From the human T2T-CHM13v2.0 reference genome, Homo sapiens: DNA of 64,000 nt. Positions 30,938 through 43,695 of the stretch are shown piece by piece (the first letter of the stretch is position 1; each line of letters opens with the position of its first letter). Both the position numbers and the translations under genes were made by a program. Under the pieces are notes generated by a model. That model had not been told where the DNA came from, did not search any database, and was given only the letters and a program-made list of their open reading frames with translations. Location: the NCBI RefSeq assembly GCF_009914755.1, contig NC_060926.1. One strand, written 5' to 3'.

Positions 30938-31343
30938 TGTGTTAGTCCTCTTTGTGCTGTTACAACAGAATGCCTGAGACTAGGTAATTTATTTTTAAAA
31001 AATAGAAATTTATGTCTCATAGTTCTGGAGGCTGGGATGTCCAAGATCAAGGCATCAGCAGGTTCAGTTATTTGGTGAGGGCTGTATCCTACTTCCAAGA
31101 TGGTGCCTTGATTGTTGCATCCTCCAGAGAAAAGAAACGCTACGTTCTCACATGGCAGAAGAGCAGAAGAGAGGAAACCCACCTCCACAGGCCGTTTTCA
31201 TAATGGAATTAGTCAACCCTTGAGGGCAGAGCCCTCATTGCCTAAATACCTTGCATCAGGCACCGCCTGCCAACACTGTTGCACTGAGGATTAGGTGTCC
31301 AACACATCAATTTTGGAGTGGCAATAACATTCACACTAGAGCA
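30938..31343 (-). mobile_element. MSTC/MSTD MaLR solo LTR
   Basis: tgtgttagtcc start; cttccaagatggtgccttg...gcatcctccaga. Confidence 0.8.
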
Positions 31344-31344
31344 A

Positions 31345-31799
31345 TAGCCATCAGAAAGCAGAGTTTAGTTTTTCTCTCTTGAATATGGCATTGAACAACT
31401 CAGTTCTTCTGAATAATAGGATGCAATGGAAGCAGCACTGCTGAATTATAAGGTGTTGGGTCATAGAAGGTTATATGGCTTCTTTGTGGCTCTTTCTCAG
31501 GACACATACAGTGGCAGATTGGAGCTTCCATATAAAAAAATAAGCTACCCTGAAGACACCATGCTGGAGAGACCACATGGAGAGATTCTTTAGGTATCCC
31601 AGCTGTTGCAGCCTCCAGATATTTGAATCTTCCCAGGACATGAGAGAAAAAGCTTCCAAATGATTCACACCTGCAGTAAGAGCTGTCTAAGCATGGTCAA
31701 CAGCCAGAACTGTGAAAGATAACAATCATAAACAGCTACTGTTCTTTTATGCTATGAAGTTTGCAGTGGTTTGTTACTCAGCAATAGATAGTTAGAACA
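31345..31799 (+). mobile_element. MLT1G/H LTR fragment
   Basis: ctaccctgaagacaccatgctggagagaccacatgg; ends gcaatagatagttagaaca. Confidence 0.7.
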
Positions 31800-32969
31800 G
31801 CCCCTTTGAGAGGCAATGAAATATTGGGCTCTGAAAACCTCAGAGTATAGACATAAAAAAGACTGTTAAGGAACAGAGGATTCTCTAGTTAACCAGTATG
31901 CTGTTGCTATTTCTTCAGCTTGACTGCATGTATAAGAGCTCATTACAGTAATTCACTTTTCAACAGGAAAGTCTGAACTGATGATAAAACCCAGGTGTTC
32001 ACAAAGCATAGGTCCTCATTTCCCCTGAGCCCAACCTTCATTGATAGTGAAACCATTTCTCCATTGCCTCGTGAAGCTTCTAGTGGGAAAGGTCAATGAA
32101 ACAGAGCATACTTGCCTATAAATATCTTTTTCCTGATATGATTCCATGCAACCTGAAAAGCCAATGATCTAATTTTTGACATAAAGATACATCAATCATT
32201 TGAAGATGAAAACTGGTTCAGGGAGAGGAAGTAATTTGTCTGAGATCTCTCAATATATTTCCTGCACAGGTTTTGAATGCTCGGCCCTTTCTTGCTTTTT
32301 TCCCATTAGACTTCAAAGCTGTAGGTTTCTGCCTTCCTAAGAAGCTGAAAAAACAGTCAAAAGTTTTAAATCCCCTTTTTAAAACAGTCATTAAATTGTA
32401 AAAATAGCAATAAAAGTGGCACGTCTGCTGTATATGTGATTTTTAGCATTTTTGTTCATTTATTTACCAAATGACTGTGTACTTTATAGGCATTACTAAA
32501 ATAAAGCACTTAAGAATTGGATTCCTCACCCAGAAAGTGCCTAGATCTGTGTTAGGATACAAAGAGTGCCCAGTTCTGAGTTAGAATTCGGCAATTATGG
32601 AAAAAAAGTTTCTTTATAATAATGTTTGAATAAGAAAAAAAAAAAAGAACCTGACTAGTACCTTTAAATATACAAAGAAGCAGAAGTCTCTGATTTGAAG
32701 CTACAGGGTCAATATATTTAAATGTATTAACTTTTCCATAGTCATGTGAAGATAAAAAGGGCCAGTCCTCAGCGACATTGGGGAGGTCAATCTTTGTCAA
32801 TCCCAGTGTGCTTTTTATGCACCCTTTTGATCTTTTGGCTCTCTTCTCTCACACTTGGAGCTTCTAAACCTTCCTATTCTTCTCCTCTCCTTTCTCACCA
32901 TTTTGACTTCTGAATATTCATTTATTCATCTTCTTTGTGTAGCAACTTTGATATGAGTGACGATGATAC

Positions 32970-33322
32970 ATCCCCAGCTTCAGGAGGAACTTAAATGAAC
33001 TAAGCTAGCTGCAATAATTAAATTCTCCAGACACAGTGATAAGTTCAGTGTTTGTTGGAAGCAGCCATCCTTTCCCCATAACTGTGAGTGAGGAAGATAT
33101 GGTACCAGTCTCTTTTAGCATTCATCTCATAAAACCAACTGGAGAATGATGCCAACACACTAAAAAGAGCAGAATCAATAAAATCATAGAGGATAAAGAT
33201 AGATCCCTGATCAAACTACTCCTGAAGGCCACTCTAATCCCTGCATCTTTCAGCTACTTGATCAGTTACTGTGTAAGCTGAGTTGTGTTTTCTCTTCTTA
33301 GCAACCAAAAATACCCTGAGTG
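32970..33322 (+). mobile_element. MLT1J-like LTR
   Basis: gcagccatc; tgagttgtgttttctcttcttagcaaccaaaaataccctga end motif. Confidence 0.55.
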
Positions 33323-33364
33323 TAGGTGACAGTATCACATCTCTTCCCTTGGAAGGCCCAGTGG

Positions 33365-33890
33365 AGGTTCTGTTTCTGGCAATGTGGCAAAGTACATTGT
33401 TTAGACAAACTCTTTGATGGAAAACAACTAAAAGTGCCAGATATTCTATTAAAAATACCTCTCTAAAGTATCAAAAAAATGACAAAATGGTAAGAAATTA
33501 TTATGACAAAATCTAAGTGAAAACTAGAATCTCAGCACTATAGCCACTTTTGTCCTGGGAGTATTTGCAAAACAGGCAAAACTGAGTATTAATTCTGGAC
33601 ATTTCTTTGAGTGTGACTATAGACTTCATGAAGGCAGAATATGCAATTCAAAGCCCCGGTTTCACCTAGGTAGTCCAGTAGGAGACCACCACCTCTTTAA
33701 CCTAAAGCTACCCCTTAAGGTAAAGGAGAACCAGAAGTAACCCCCCATTCTGCTTCTACCTTCAAGTAATGACAAGAAAATTTGTCGTGACATTGAAAAT
33801 AATATGAGAGTTTCTGAAAAGTTGCAGCCACAGTGGGCCCTCATTTAAATCTGTAGCCCAAATTACTATTACTTAGGTTATCACTCCAAC
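33365..33890 (+). mobile_element. Old L1M 5' region fragment
   Basis: ttctgtttctggcaatgtggc start; aaaacaactaaaagtgccagata. Confidence 0.5.
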
Positions 33891-35379
33891 ACATAAAAAT
33901 CACAGATTTCTAGAATCGAATGACACAAAAGGCAGTGAACTACGTACCAACATTTGTGAAGAAAGTTTCTGTCATGGGCCATGAAGAACAAGTGGTGGTT
34001 CGGGGCTTTTTAGCAAGAAGTGGCTCCCTGCAGAGCTGGTATGGCCAGTAAAGAAATGGATCCAATCTGAGACAGAAAATCTCTCTTAGTTTGTAAAACT
34101 TGCTGGCTTTTTCCCACTCTGATGGCTCCCTGATGATGGAGGAGTCCACCAGAAGAGGCTGAGGAAAACATTAGGACCATGGTGTCTCCAGCAGGACACC
34201 AAAGAACTGCCTTGTTTTGCAAGATTTTCCTTTGGAATTTGGAGTAGAGAGAAAAATTTGAGTGGCAATGAGGTGAAACTTTACCTGAGCCTTGTGGGCT
34301 CAGAAACAGTTGGATAATTTAAAAACACACTTACCCTTCTGTGTTCTGGGAAATGGTTAGCCACCAAGGTCTACTCTGCCCTCACATATTTCAAGATAAG
34401 ACCAGTCTCCCTTCTCCCTCCTGATTCCCATAGACTTACAGATGATGCAGATGACTCCGTTGCCACCTGCCTCTGTAAATCTCCAGGCCACTTTCCTTTT
34501 CTTTAAAATGCCCATCATGAATGGGCATTTCTCCAATTGCAATAGCCTGGGTAAGATCATTTCCTTAATTATCCTGTGCATTTAGTATTTGCAAGGGGTA
34601 AATAGAATGGCTCTGCAATGGGTGCAAATGAGTAATATTTAGATTTTTGAAACATATGTCAAGATTCTCTAACAATGAGCTCATGGCTGGTAATGAAGTG
34701 CATCTCACCTAGATGGGAAAGGATATGTTTGCTAGAAGCTGACTGATCTAATCATTAGAACAATTGTTTTTCAGCTAAATCTATATTCCTGTTAGTATGG
34801 GGGATATCCGGTTTGAAACACTAGAGAGGAAAAAGAATATAAGAGATATGCTGGAAAGTATACGTACTTGGAATTGGGCTAGGATTTGAATACTAGGCTC
34901 TGTGGCTAACTGGCTGTGTGACTTGAGGTAAGTGTGGTGTAATTGCTCTTCTAAGTGGATAGTTCTTTTGTTCTTCAAGCTGAATCTTGGCTGTCAGTCA
35001 AGCTACACATCTTCTTTCAGGCTTTTTGTGTTAGCAGGTATTTTGGTTCCCATTCAGGGCCCTCTTCATTTATCCTTCTCAGTACAGCTGTGTGTAAGCT
35101 GGCATAATTTGCTATTGAAACCTAGGCTGTGACTATAAATTAATTAAAATTTAATTTATGATTGCAGAGAAGTGCAAATATGGATTCATCAGGAATGAAT
35201 AACTTTATATTACTCTTGTTTCCTTCTTTGACAGAGACTAGCTGGGTAAATCAGAGATATGTGGTAGAAACACCCTCATCAAAATATTTGGTAATGATAC
35301 TCATGTGGATGTGAAGGAGATGAAATGGCTGCATGATAATAAATGTAGGTAGTGAATAACCTTAAAGGATATTCACGTA

Positions 35380-35535
35380 GGTTGGGCATGGTGGCTCACG
35401 CTTGTAATCCCAGCACTTTGGAAGGCAGAGGCAGGAAGACGGCTTGAGTCCAGGAATTCAAGACCAGCCTGGGCAACATAGCTAAACCCCATCTCTACAA
35501 ATGAAACACAGAATAAAAAATATATAAAAAATAAA
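35380..35535 (+). mobile_element. FLAM_C / AluJ left monomer
   Basis: ggtggctcacgcttgtaatcccagcactttgg...gaccagcctgggcaacatag. Confidence 0.88.
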
Positions 35536-36019
35536 TTTTTTTAAAAGCATACCAATATAGAAAAAGCTCTGTTTCTATAGAAAAGTATACATTGTATCTA
35601 TTTGGCCCATCCTTCTTGGTTACAAGATTCTAGCTTTTTATTTTCTTTAAGCTATTTTATGACTGGATAGACAGGCAAATTTTGTCCTGCTCAGTAGAGT
35701 TTTAATTGACTGCTCTCCCTCTGGTGGAAAAAACAGTTTTGTCTCCACATGCAATTTACTTTCTTTACTCGATACATATTTGTTCTTTTTCTCTTTCTCT
35801 TTAGAACTGGTTATAACATCTACCTGGTTCTCTCATTAAATGAGTAAAATACAATCTTTTCACACATGTTTATTCTTGTATCAGTGAGAGTCATGATTCT
35901 ACACTTTTCTGAAAACTGTCTTTTAATGCTAATGAGAATGGAAACCAATGATTCACTGTTAAACAATACTGGGACCAGAAATACTTTCCTGTGTTTGTAG
36001 TTAACCAGACGCACCAGAA

Positions 36020-36395
36020 AATACATGCACATGGAAGATGAGACTGAGCCAATTAAAAGAGCTTATCTATCAGGTCTGAAATATTACTCCTTAAGGGTCC
36101 TTGAAGATTTTCACTAGCTCACCAATCCAAAGCTACTCATATCACGAGTTGCCCAACTACATCAGTTCCCTTTCATGCCGGACTTGACTTAAAATCACCC
36201 AGCTCAGGCCTAAAAATCCTGTAAACATCCTTCCCTATACTCTCCTGTTGGGACACTGATGACTCTATTAAAATGCCCTACCTAGCTGCAGTAAGTTTAA
36301 AGTCTCTCTTTTGCCTGATCAACAGTTTTCTTGGTAGTCTGTGTGTGTGTGTTGGGGGGGCGGGGGTGTGGCGGGGGTATTGGAAATTAATGACA
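36020..36395 (+). mobile_element. ERV1 LTR fragment (MER31/MER67-like)
   Basis: gctgcagtaagt...ttttgcctgatcaacagttttcttggtagtct 3' motif. Confidence 0.4.
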
Positions 36396-36471
36396 GGAAT
36401 TATGACCATCCACTGTTTCTACCAGAAGGCACACCCTAGATGCCCAATTTGAGATTACAGAGTCAAGCTAT

Positions 36472-36474
<3 letters not shown>

Positions 36475-36504
<30 letters not shown>
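36475..36504. repeat. (TG)n microsatellite
   Basis: Directly visible. Confidence 0.95.
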
Positions 36505-36506
<2 letters not shown>

Positions 36507-37732
36507 AAGCAGAAGCAGAAGTTAAGTCAGGCCTCCACTCCAGGCTAGGAACCCACGTGGAGATTTGTTAACATCTCGCACAATGTTGCACATTCATTAG
36601 GTGCCCAAATAGTATTTGAAAGTATTTGCAAATAGTAAGAGACTTTTTTCTTAAAAAGACAAGGATTTGAGGGAACAGCTTAAATAAAAGAAAAAAAACT
36701 AGACACAGTTTATATGATTAAAATAAAAGTACATATTAGAATTGCAAATATATTCATTACATTTAAATGTACAGAGGAAATAGAGTTCATTTTTTTTCTT
36801 TCTACCTGGAATGATCTGATTGCCTCTTGGGTGTCCCCTCCCACAGCACACACAGAAACACACCCACACACAGTGTGTGTGAGAGAGGTGAGGAGAAGAG
36901 GAGAAAAACATTTAGCTCAATCTATTAATCTCAGTTCAGGCTTATAAATTGAGTCCTGTCTTTAGTTTCTTTTGGGTTGGTGTTGCATGCATGGGAGGAG
37001 AGGATATTTGGTTTCTGTGACAGTAGGGGAAGGTCTTCATGTCCCCTCTGATCTCTCTTGCAGAGTGTCTACTCTAGTTGGTTGCCAGGAGCCCTGCACC
37101 AAGTTACTCCTCCAGATACCTCCTGCTGCTGCTGAGCACTTGTTCCCATCACCTGGAGCAAGTGAGGACATGCAATGTTTTTCCTAAAGGCTCCCAGAGA
37201 TTCCGATGTGTCCCCCAATCCCCGTATTCCCAAGAGATGATGTAACTTGCCCCTAAATTTTCTTCCCTCCAGTACAAATCCCAGTGTCTCTGAAGCCCTC
37301 CCTCTCCCGCCTGGGGGAGGAAAAATGAAGTACTGTAGCTTTATCTCTTCAATAGCTTTATTTTCTCCCCACAAACACTAGAGGCTCTGCTTCCACTTCC
37401 TGTCTACCTGAAACTTCCCAAATATAAAATCAAAACTGGAATTCAAAACTGAGAGCATATAAATCAATTTCTAGGTCTTACATTTATTTCAGATACTCTT
37501 CAAATTTGAGCTTCTTGAGGAGGAATCCATGATTTTAAGTGGATGTTTGTTTAAATCTTACCTTTCACACTCTCCCTTCTCATTTTAGTAAAGATAACCA
37601 TTTATTTCCCCACCTGTAATTGTACTCTGGGTATGAAAGTCTCCGGCACACTGTACAACTGAGAGCTGAAAAACACAGACTATCTTTAAGAAGGGGTTTT
37701 TAGAGTATTATTCCAAGACAACAAGGGAAACT

Positions 37733-38146
37733 TTTCATGCGCGTCCGTGAGAAGAGACCACCAAACAGGCTTTGTGTGAGCAGTAAAGCTGTTTATTTCA
37801 CCTGGGTGCAGGCGGGCTGAGTCTGAAAAGAGAGTCAGTGAAGGGAGATAGGGGTGGGGCCTTTTTATAAGATTTGGGTAGGTAAAGGAAAATTACAGTC
37901 AAAGGGGGGTTGTTCTCTGGCGGGCAGGAGTGGAGGTCACAAGATGCTCAGTAGGGGAGCTTTTGAGTCAGGATGAGCCAGGAGAAGGAATTTCAGAAGA
38001 TAATGTCATCAGTTAAGGCAGGAACAGGCCATTTTCATTTCTTTTGTGGTGGAATGTCATCAGTTAAGGCAGGAACCAGTCATCTGGATGTGTACGTGCA
38101 GGTCACATGGGATATGATGGCTTAGCTTGGGCTCAGAGGCATGACA
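37733..38146 (-). mobile_element. LTR7, 3' LTR (414 bp)
   Basis: Reverse complement TGTCA..CCTCTGAGCCCAAGCTAAGCC...CATGAAA; preceded by PPT aagaagacaggaa. Confidence 0.97.
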
Positions 38147-41036
38147 TTCCTGTCTTCTTATATTAATAAGAAAAATAAAATGAAATAGTGGTTAAGTGTT
38201 GGGATGGCAACAATTTTGGGGGATGGTATGGAGAGATAGTGGGCGATGTTTCTCAGGGCTGCTTCGAGCGGGATTAGGGGCGGCGCGGGAACCTAGAGTG
38301 GGAGAGATTAAACTGAAGGAAGATTTTGTGGTAAGGGGTGATATTGTGGGACTGTTAGAAGAAACATTTGTCATTTAGAATTATTGATGATGGCCTGGAT
38401 ATGGTTTTGTATGAATTGAAAAACTAAATGGATTAAAGGTCTAAGAATTGGGAGGACCCAGAACATCTGATTAGAGAGTGCCTAAGGAGGTTCAGCATAG
38501 CCCTGCCAGCAAAGATTATTTATTTACTTTAAGAGTTAAGAGTGGCAGTTTGGGGATAGCACCAGGAGATATCAGCTGTGATGACTTGGAGAAACAGTGT
38601 AAACCGGCAGTGTAAACAAGAGCAGGGCATGTATGAGTAGTTGAGAACGGTGAATAGGAGTATGACTAGACAGAAGATAGTAGGGATGACAAGTTTTTTG
38701 GGGCACAGTCCAAGTTGGTCTGGTGTCTGGAATGACACTGAGGCCTAATAAAAAGGAGCGTCTATACAGGAGCTCAAATGGGCTGTACCCTGTAGCATTC
38801 TGAGGACAGGCCTGAATTCTGAGAAAAGAAAGAGGTAAAAGTATTGTCCAGTCCTTTTTAAGTTGGTGGCTGAGCTTGGTGAGGTGTGTTTTTAAAAGAC
38901 CAATAGTACATTCTACCTTTCCTGAAGACTGAGGACTGTAAGGGATATAAAGGTTTCACTGAATACTAAGAGCCCGAAAAACTGCTTGGCTGATTTGACT
39001 AATGAAGGCCGGTCCACTATCGGACTGCGTAGAGGTGGGAAGGCCAAACCGAGTAATTATGTCTGACAGAAGGGAAGAAATGACCGCGGTGGCCTCTCAG
39101 ACCCTGTAGGAAAGGCCTCTACCTATCCAGTGAAAGTGTCTACCTAGACTAAGAGGTATTTTAGTTTTCTGACTCGGGGCATGTGAGTAAAGCTAATTTG
39201 CCAGTCCTGGGCAGGGGCAAATCCTTGAGCTTGATGTGTGGGAAAGGGAGTGGGCCTGAATAATCCCTGAGGAGTAGTAGAATAGCAGATGGAACACTGA
39301 GAAGTGATTTCCTTGAGGATAGATTTCCATGATGCAAAGGAAATGAGAGGTTCTAAGAGATGGGCTAGTGGCTTGTAACCTACATGGAAGAAGTTAGGAA
39401 ATGACGACAGAATAGAATGGGCCTGTGAGGCTGGAAGGAGATATTTCCCTTGGTCTAAGAACCATTTGCCTTGTGTGGGAAGAGATTGATAGGTGGAAGT
39501 TTCAGCAGGGGAGTAGGTGGGAGTGGCCAGATGAGAAGGAGAAAAACTGAAAGTGAGGGATATAAGTTGGAATGCTAGCTGCTTTTTTAGCTATCTTATC
39601 AGCATAAGCATTGTCCTGAGCGATGGGATCTGATGATGCCCTTCGACGGCCTTTGCAGTGAATGACTCCAGCTTCCTTTGGAAGTAAAGCAGCTTTGAGA
39701 AGTGTTTTTATTAAAGAGGCATTAATGATAGAGGACCCTTGTGTAGTGAGGAAACCTCTTGCATGGTGGTGCAGGATATGGAAGGCATATTTAGAGTCAG
39801 TATAAATATTGACGTTTAGTCCTTTTGCAAGAGTGAGGGCTTGAGTTAAGGCAACTAGTTCGGCTTGCTGAGAGGTAGTGGAGGAGAGCAGAGCAGTAGC
39901 CTTAATGATAGATGTGGAAGATACTATAGCATAGCCTGCCTTTGCTGGTGAGTGGCGATTAGGCCTGGTGGAACCGCCATCAATAAACTAAATGTGATCA
40001 GAGTGAGGAACAGGAAATAAGGAAACATGGGGAAATTGGGTGAATGTCAGGTGGATCAGACAGATATAGTCATGAGGGTCAGCTGTGGTATCCAGAATAA
40101 TGTGGGAGGCTGGATTGAAGTCCGGGCAAGGAACAATGGTAATTGTGGGAAACTCAACAAAGAGTGAGTATAGCTGAAGGAGCCAGGAAGCAGAAAGTAT
40201 ATGCGTCAGGTATGAGGAAGAAAACAGATTTTGGAAGTTATGAGAACTGTAGAGAGTGAGTTGAGCATAGTTTGTGATTTTTAGGGCCTCTAAAAGTATT
40301 AAAGCAGCGGCAGCCGCTGCACGCAGACATGAGGGCTAGGCTAAAACAGTAAGGTCAAGTTGTTTGGACAGAAACACTACAGGGTGGGGTCCTGGCTCTT
40401 GTGTAAGAATTCTGACCGCACTAACTATGCCTAGGAAGGAAAGGAGTTGTTGTTTTGTAGAAGGGATTGAGGTTTGGGAGATTAGTCGGACACAATCAGC
40501 AGGGAGAGCACATGTGTTTTTACGAGAATTATGCCAAGATAGGTAACAGATGAGGAAGAAATTTAGGCTTGACTGAAGTAATGGGGGCTGTCTGTGAAGC
40601 TTTGCAGCAGTATAGCCCAGGTAATTTGCTGAGCCTGATGGGTGTCAGGGTCAGTCCAAGTGAAAGCGAAGAGAGGCTGGGATGAAGGGTGCAAAGAAAT
40701 AGTAAAGAAAGCATGTTTGAGATCTAGAACAGAATAATGGATTGTGGAGGGAGGTATTGAGGATATGAGAGTATAAACAATTTGGTTGATAAGGGGCAGA
40801 TCCTGAACTAACCTGTAAGGCTCGTCTGGTTCTAGGACAGGTAAAATGGGGAAATTGTAAGGAAAGTTTATAGGCTTTAAAAGGCCATGCTATAACAGGC
40901 GAGTGATAACAGGCTTTAATCCTTTTAAAGCGTGCTATGGGATGGGATATTGGCATTGAGCGGGGTAAGGGTGATTAGGTTTTAATGGGATGGTAATGGG
41001 CCTGTGATCAGTTGCCAGGGAAGGAGTAGAGATGTC

Positions 41037-41789
41037 CTATGCTTGTGGGTAAGGTGGGGGGATACGAGAGGAAGACGCAAAGGAGGCTTTGGGTTGGGGA
41101 AAAGGGCGGCAGTGAGATGCGGCTGTAGTCCAAGAATAGTCAGGGAAGCAGATAATTTGGTTAAAATATCTCGGCCTAATAAGGGAACTGGGCAGGTGGG
41201 GATAAGTAAAAAAGAGTGCATAAAAGTATTGTCTAAGTTGGCACCAGAGTTGGGGAGTTTTAAGAGGTTTAGAAGCCTGGCCGTCAATACCCACAACAGT
41301 TCTGGAGGCAAGGGAAACAGGCCCTTGAAAAGAAGGTAATGTGGAGTGGGTAGCCTCCGTATTGATTAAGAAGGGGACGGACTTACCTTCCACTGTGAGA
41401 GTCACCTGAAGCTCGGCGTCCGTGATGGTCTAGGGGGCTTCTGAGGCGATCGGGCAGCGTCAGTCTTCAGCTGCTAAGCTGAGAAGATCTGGGAAGGAGT
41501 CAGTCAGAGCGCCTTGGGCCAGAGTTCCAGGGGCTCTGGGAGTGGCTGCCAGGTGAGTTGAACAGTCCGATTTTCAGTGGGGTCCTGCACAGATGGGACG
41601 TGGCTTAGGAGGAATCTTGGGCTGTGGGCATTCCTTGGCCTGGTTGCCAGATTTCTGGCACTTGTAGCAAGCTCCTGGGAGAGGCGGGCCTGGAGGAACG
41701 CCTGGCCACTGCGGTTCAGGCGTTTGGAAGTTCTTGTGTGCTGGAGATGTGGCTGGGGTTTGTCTCACAGTGGAGGCAAAGAATTGCAA
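41037..41789 (-). pseudogene. HERV-H gag nucleocapsid and protease remnants
   Basis: GACYKCQKSGNQAKEC (knuckle lacking His) and FLINTEATHS (protease DTG motif mutated). Confidence 0.85.
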
Positions 41790-42781
41790 CTGAGAAATAT
41801 GTTGCTATTTGGCTGCCTCTAGTCTATTATTGTACACCTCGAAGGTGAGGTTAATTAAGTCCTGTTGTGGGGTTTGAGGGCTGGAATTTAATTTTTGGAG
41901 TTTTATTTAATGTCAGGAGCAGATTGGGTAATAAAACGTATTTTGAGAATAAGACGACCTTTTGACCTTTTAGGGTCTAGGGCTGTAAAGTGTCTCAGGG
42001 TTGCTGTCAAACGAGTCATGTACTGGGCTGGGTTTTTATATTTGATGAAAAAGAGCCTAAACGCTCTCTGATTTGGGATTAAAAAAAGGAGCATTAACCT
42101 TGACTATGCCTTTAGCTCTAGCCACCTTTTTAAGAGGAAATTGCTGGGCAGGTGGGGGAGGGCTAGTCACAGAACGAAACTGTAAGCCAGACCGGGTGTG
42201 AGGAGGGGAGGTGATAAAAGGATTATAGGGTGGAGGAGCAGAGGCTGAGGAAGAATTATGACCTAGCTCGGCCTTGCGAGGAAGGGAGAGGTCAGATGGG
42301 TCAGTAGAAAAGGAAGATTAGAAAGACTCAGTGACGCTTGGGGTTGGGACTGAGGGGACATGTGGGAGGGAAAGAAGGAAGATTTGGGACGAGTTGCATT
42401 GGGAACAGAGACCAGGGAGGGACTGATGTGTAAAAGAATGCCTGGACGTCAGGCACCTCGGACCATTTGCCTATTTTACGACAAGAATTATTTAGATCTT
42501 GTAGGATGGAAAAAATGAAAGTGCCATTTTCTGGCTATTTGGAACGGCTGTCAAGTTTGTATTGGGGTCAAGCGGCATTGTAGAAGAAAATAAGGCATTT
42601 AGGTTTTAGGTCAGGTGTGAGTTGAAGAGGTTTTAGGTTTTTAAGAACACAGGCTAAGGGAGAAGAAGGAGGAATGGAGGGTGGAAGGTTGCCCATAATG
42701 AAGGAGGCAAGCCTAGAGAAAAGAGAGAGACACGGAGGGAAGGGGTTTGGGGGTTCTTACCCTCCAGAAAAGCAGGAAAGT

Positions 42782-43260
42782 GGTCGGGGTGCGGAAATAA
42801 AGGGTTGGGGTGCAGAGATAAGAGGTCGGAGCATGGAAATAAGGGATCAGGGCACAGAGATAAGAGGTTGGGGCATGGAAATAAGGGATCGGGGCACAGA
42901 GATAAGAGGTTGGGGTGCAGAAATAAGGGATTGGGGCACAGAGATAAGGGGTCGAGTCATGGAAATAAGGGATCAGGGGGTTCTTGTCCCCAGAAAAGCA
43001 GAGAAGGGGTAGAGACATGCAGAGAAGGGGTTGGGGGGTTCTTGCTCCCTAGAAAAGCGGTACTTGTGGCTAAGGGTGAAGGAGAAGGGGTTGGGGGGTT
43101 CTTGCCCCCTAGAAAAGCGGTACTTGCAGCTAAGGGTGAAGAAGGGGTTGGGGGGTTCTTGCCCCCAGAAAAGCAGAGAAGGGGTAGAGACATGGAGAGA
43201 AGGGGTTGGGGGGTTCATGCCCCCCAGAACTGCAGTACTTGCCACTAAGGGTGAAGGACC
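42782..43260. repeat. HERV-H leader tandem repeats: about nine 21-bp units, then about five 57-60-bp units
   Basis: ggttggggcatggaaataagg / gatcggggcacagagataaga alternate; ggggttggggggttcttgcccc.agaaaagc recurs. Confidence 0.9.
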
Positions 43261-43543
43261 AAGGCAGGCATCCCCACGTGGTCAGACACCTCTGAAACGT
43301 GGGTAAATAATCAGAGAGGCGTCCCTGCAATGATTAAACACCAAGGGAAGGCTGCCTTCCTGAGTCCATGACTGGTGCCTGAGTTTTGGGTCCATGGATA
43401 AAACGTGTCTCCTTTGTCTCTACCAGAAAATGAAAGGAATTGAAATTAAGAGAAGGGAGAGATTGAAGGGTGGCGCCAATATTGAAAGGAGATAGTGGTT
43501 GAGGGATAGTGAGAGAGGTTGGAGAAGAGAGTAAGAAAAGGAC

Positions 43544-43553
43544 GCTTACCTGA
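43544..43553 (-). promoter_or_regulatory. HERV-H major splice donor
   Basis: Minus strand AAATCAG|GTAAGC, junction 43550/43549, about 145 nt downstream of the 5' LTR. Confidence 0.8.
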
Positions 43554-43675
43554 TTTAAAATTGGTGAGATGTTCCTTGGGCTGGTGGGTCTGAGGCCCTG
43601 AGATCGTAAGTGGATCTTTTTCACGGAGCAAAGAGCAGGAGGACAGGGGATTGATCCCCCAAGGGAGGTCCCCCG

Positions 43676-43693
43676 ATCCGAGTCACGGCACCA
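43676..43693 (-). other. Primer binding site, tRNA-His
   Basis: TGGTGCCGTGACTCGGAT directly after the 5' LTR. Confidence 0.95.
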
Positions 43694-43695
43694 AA

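Larger units (their letters stand above)
32660..34581 (-). pseudogene. Run of three decayed Ig-like domains (V-C-V), the last split by an old L1 and MLT1J
   Basis: KEMILP...KVAWRF...YLEICEGRVDL...GKCVFKLSN; AVLWC...FPQP...FLSQIGSISLL...ATSC; AFQG/DVILS...KDQKGA*K...LALFIF...CSFKSE. Confidence 0.45.

Noticed and set aside
35820-36032. Possible additional IgC remnant (VLFNSESLVSIL)
   Set aside because: Motif match too weak to distinguish from chance.
42674-43330. Repetitive ORFs (EIRGWG heptads) or a CRISPR-like array
   Set aside because: Tandem units with no unique spacers, lying within the HERV-H leader; the open frames follow from unit lengths divisible by three.
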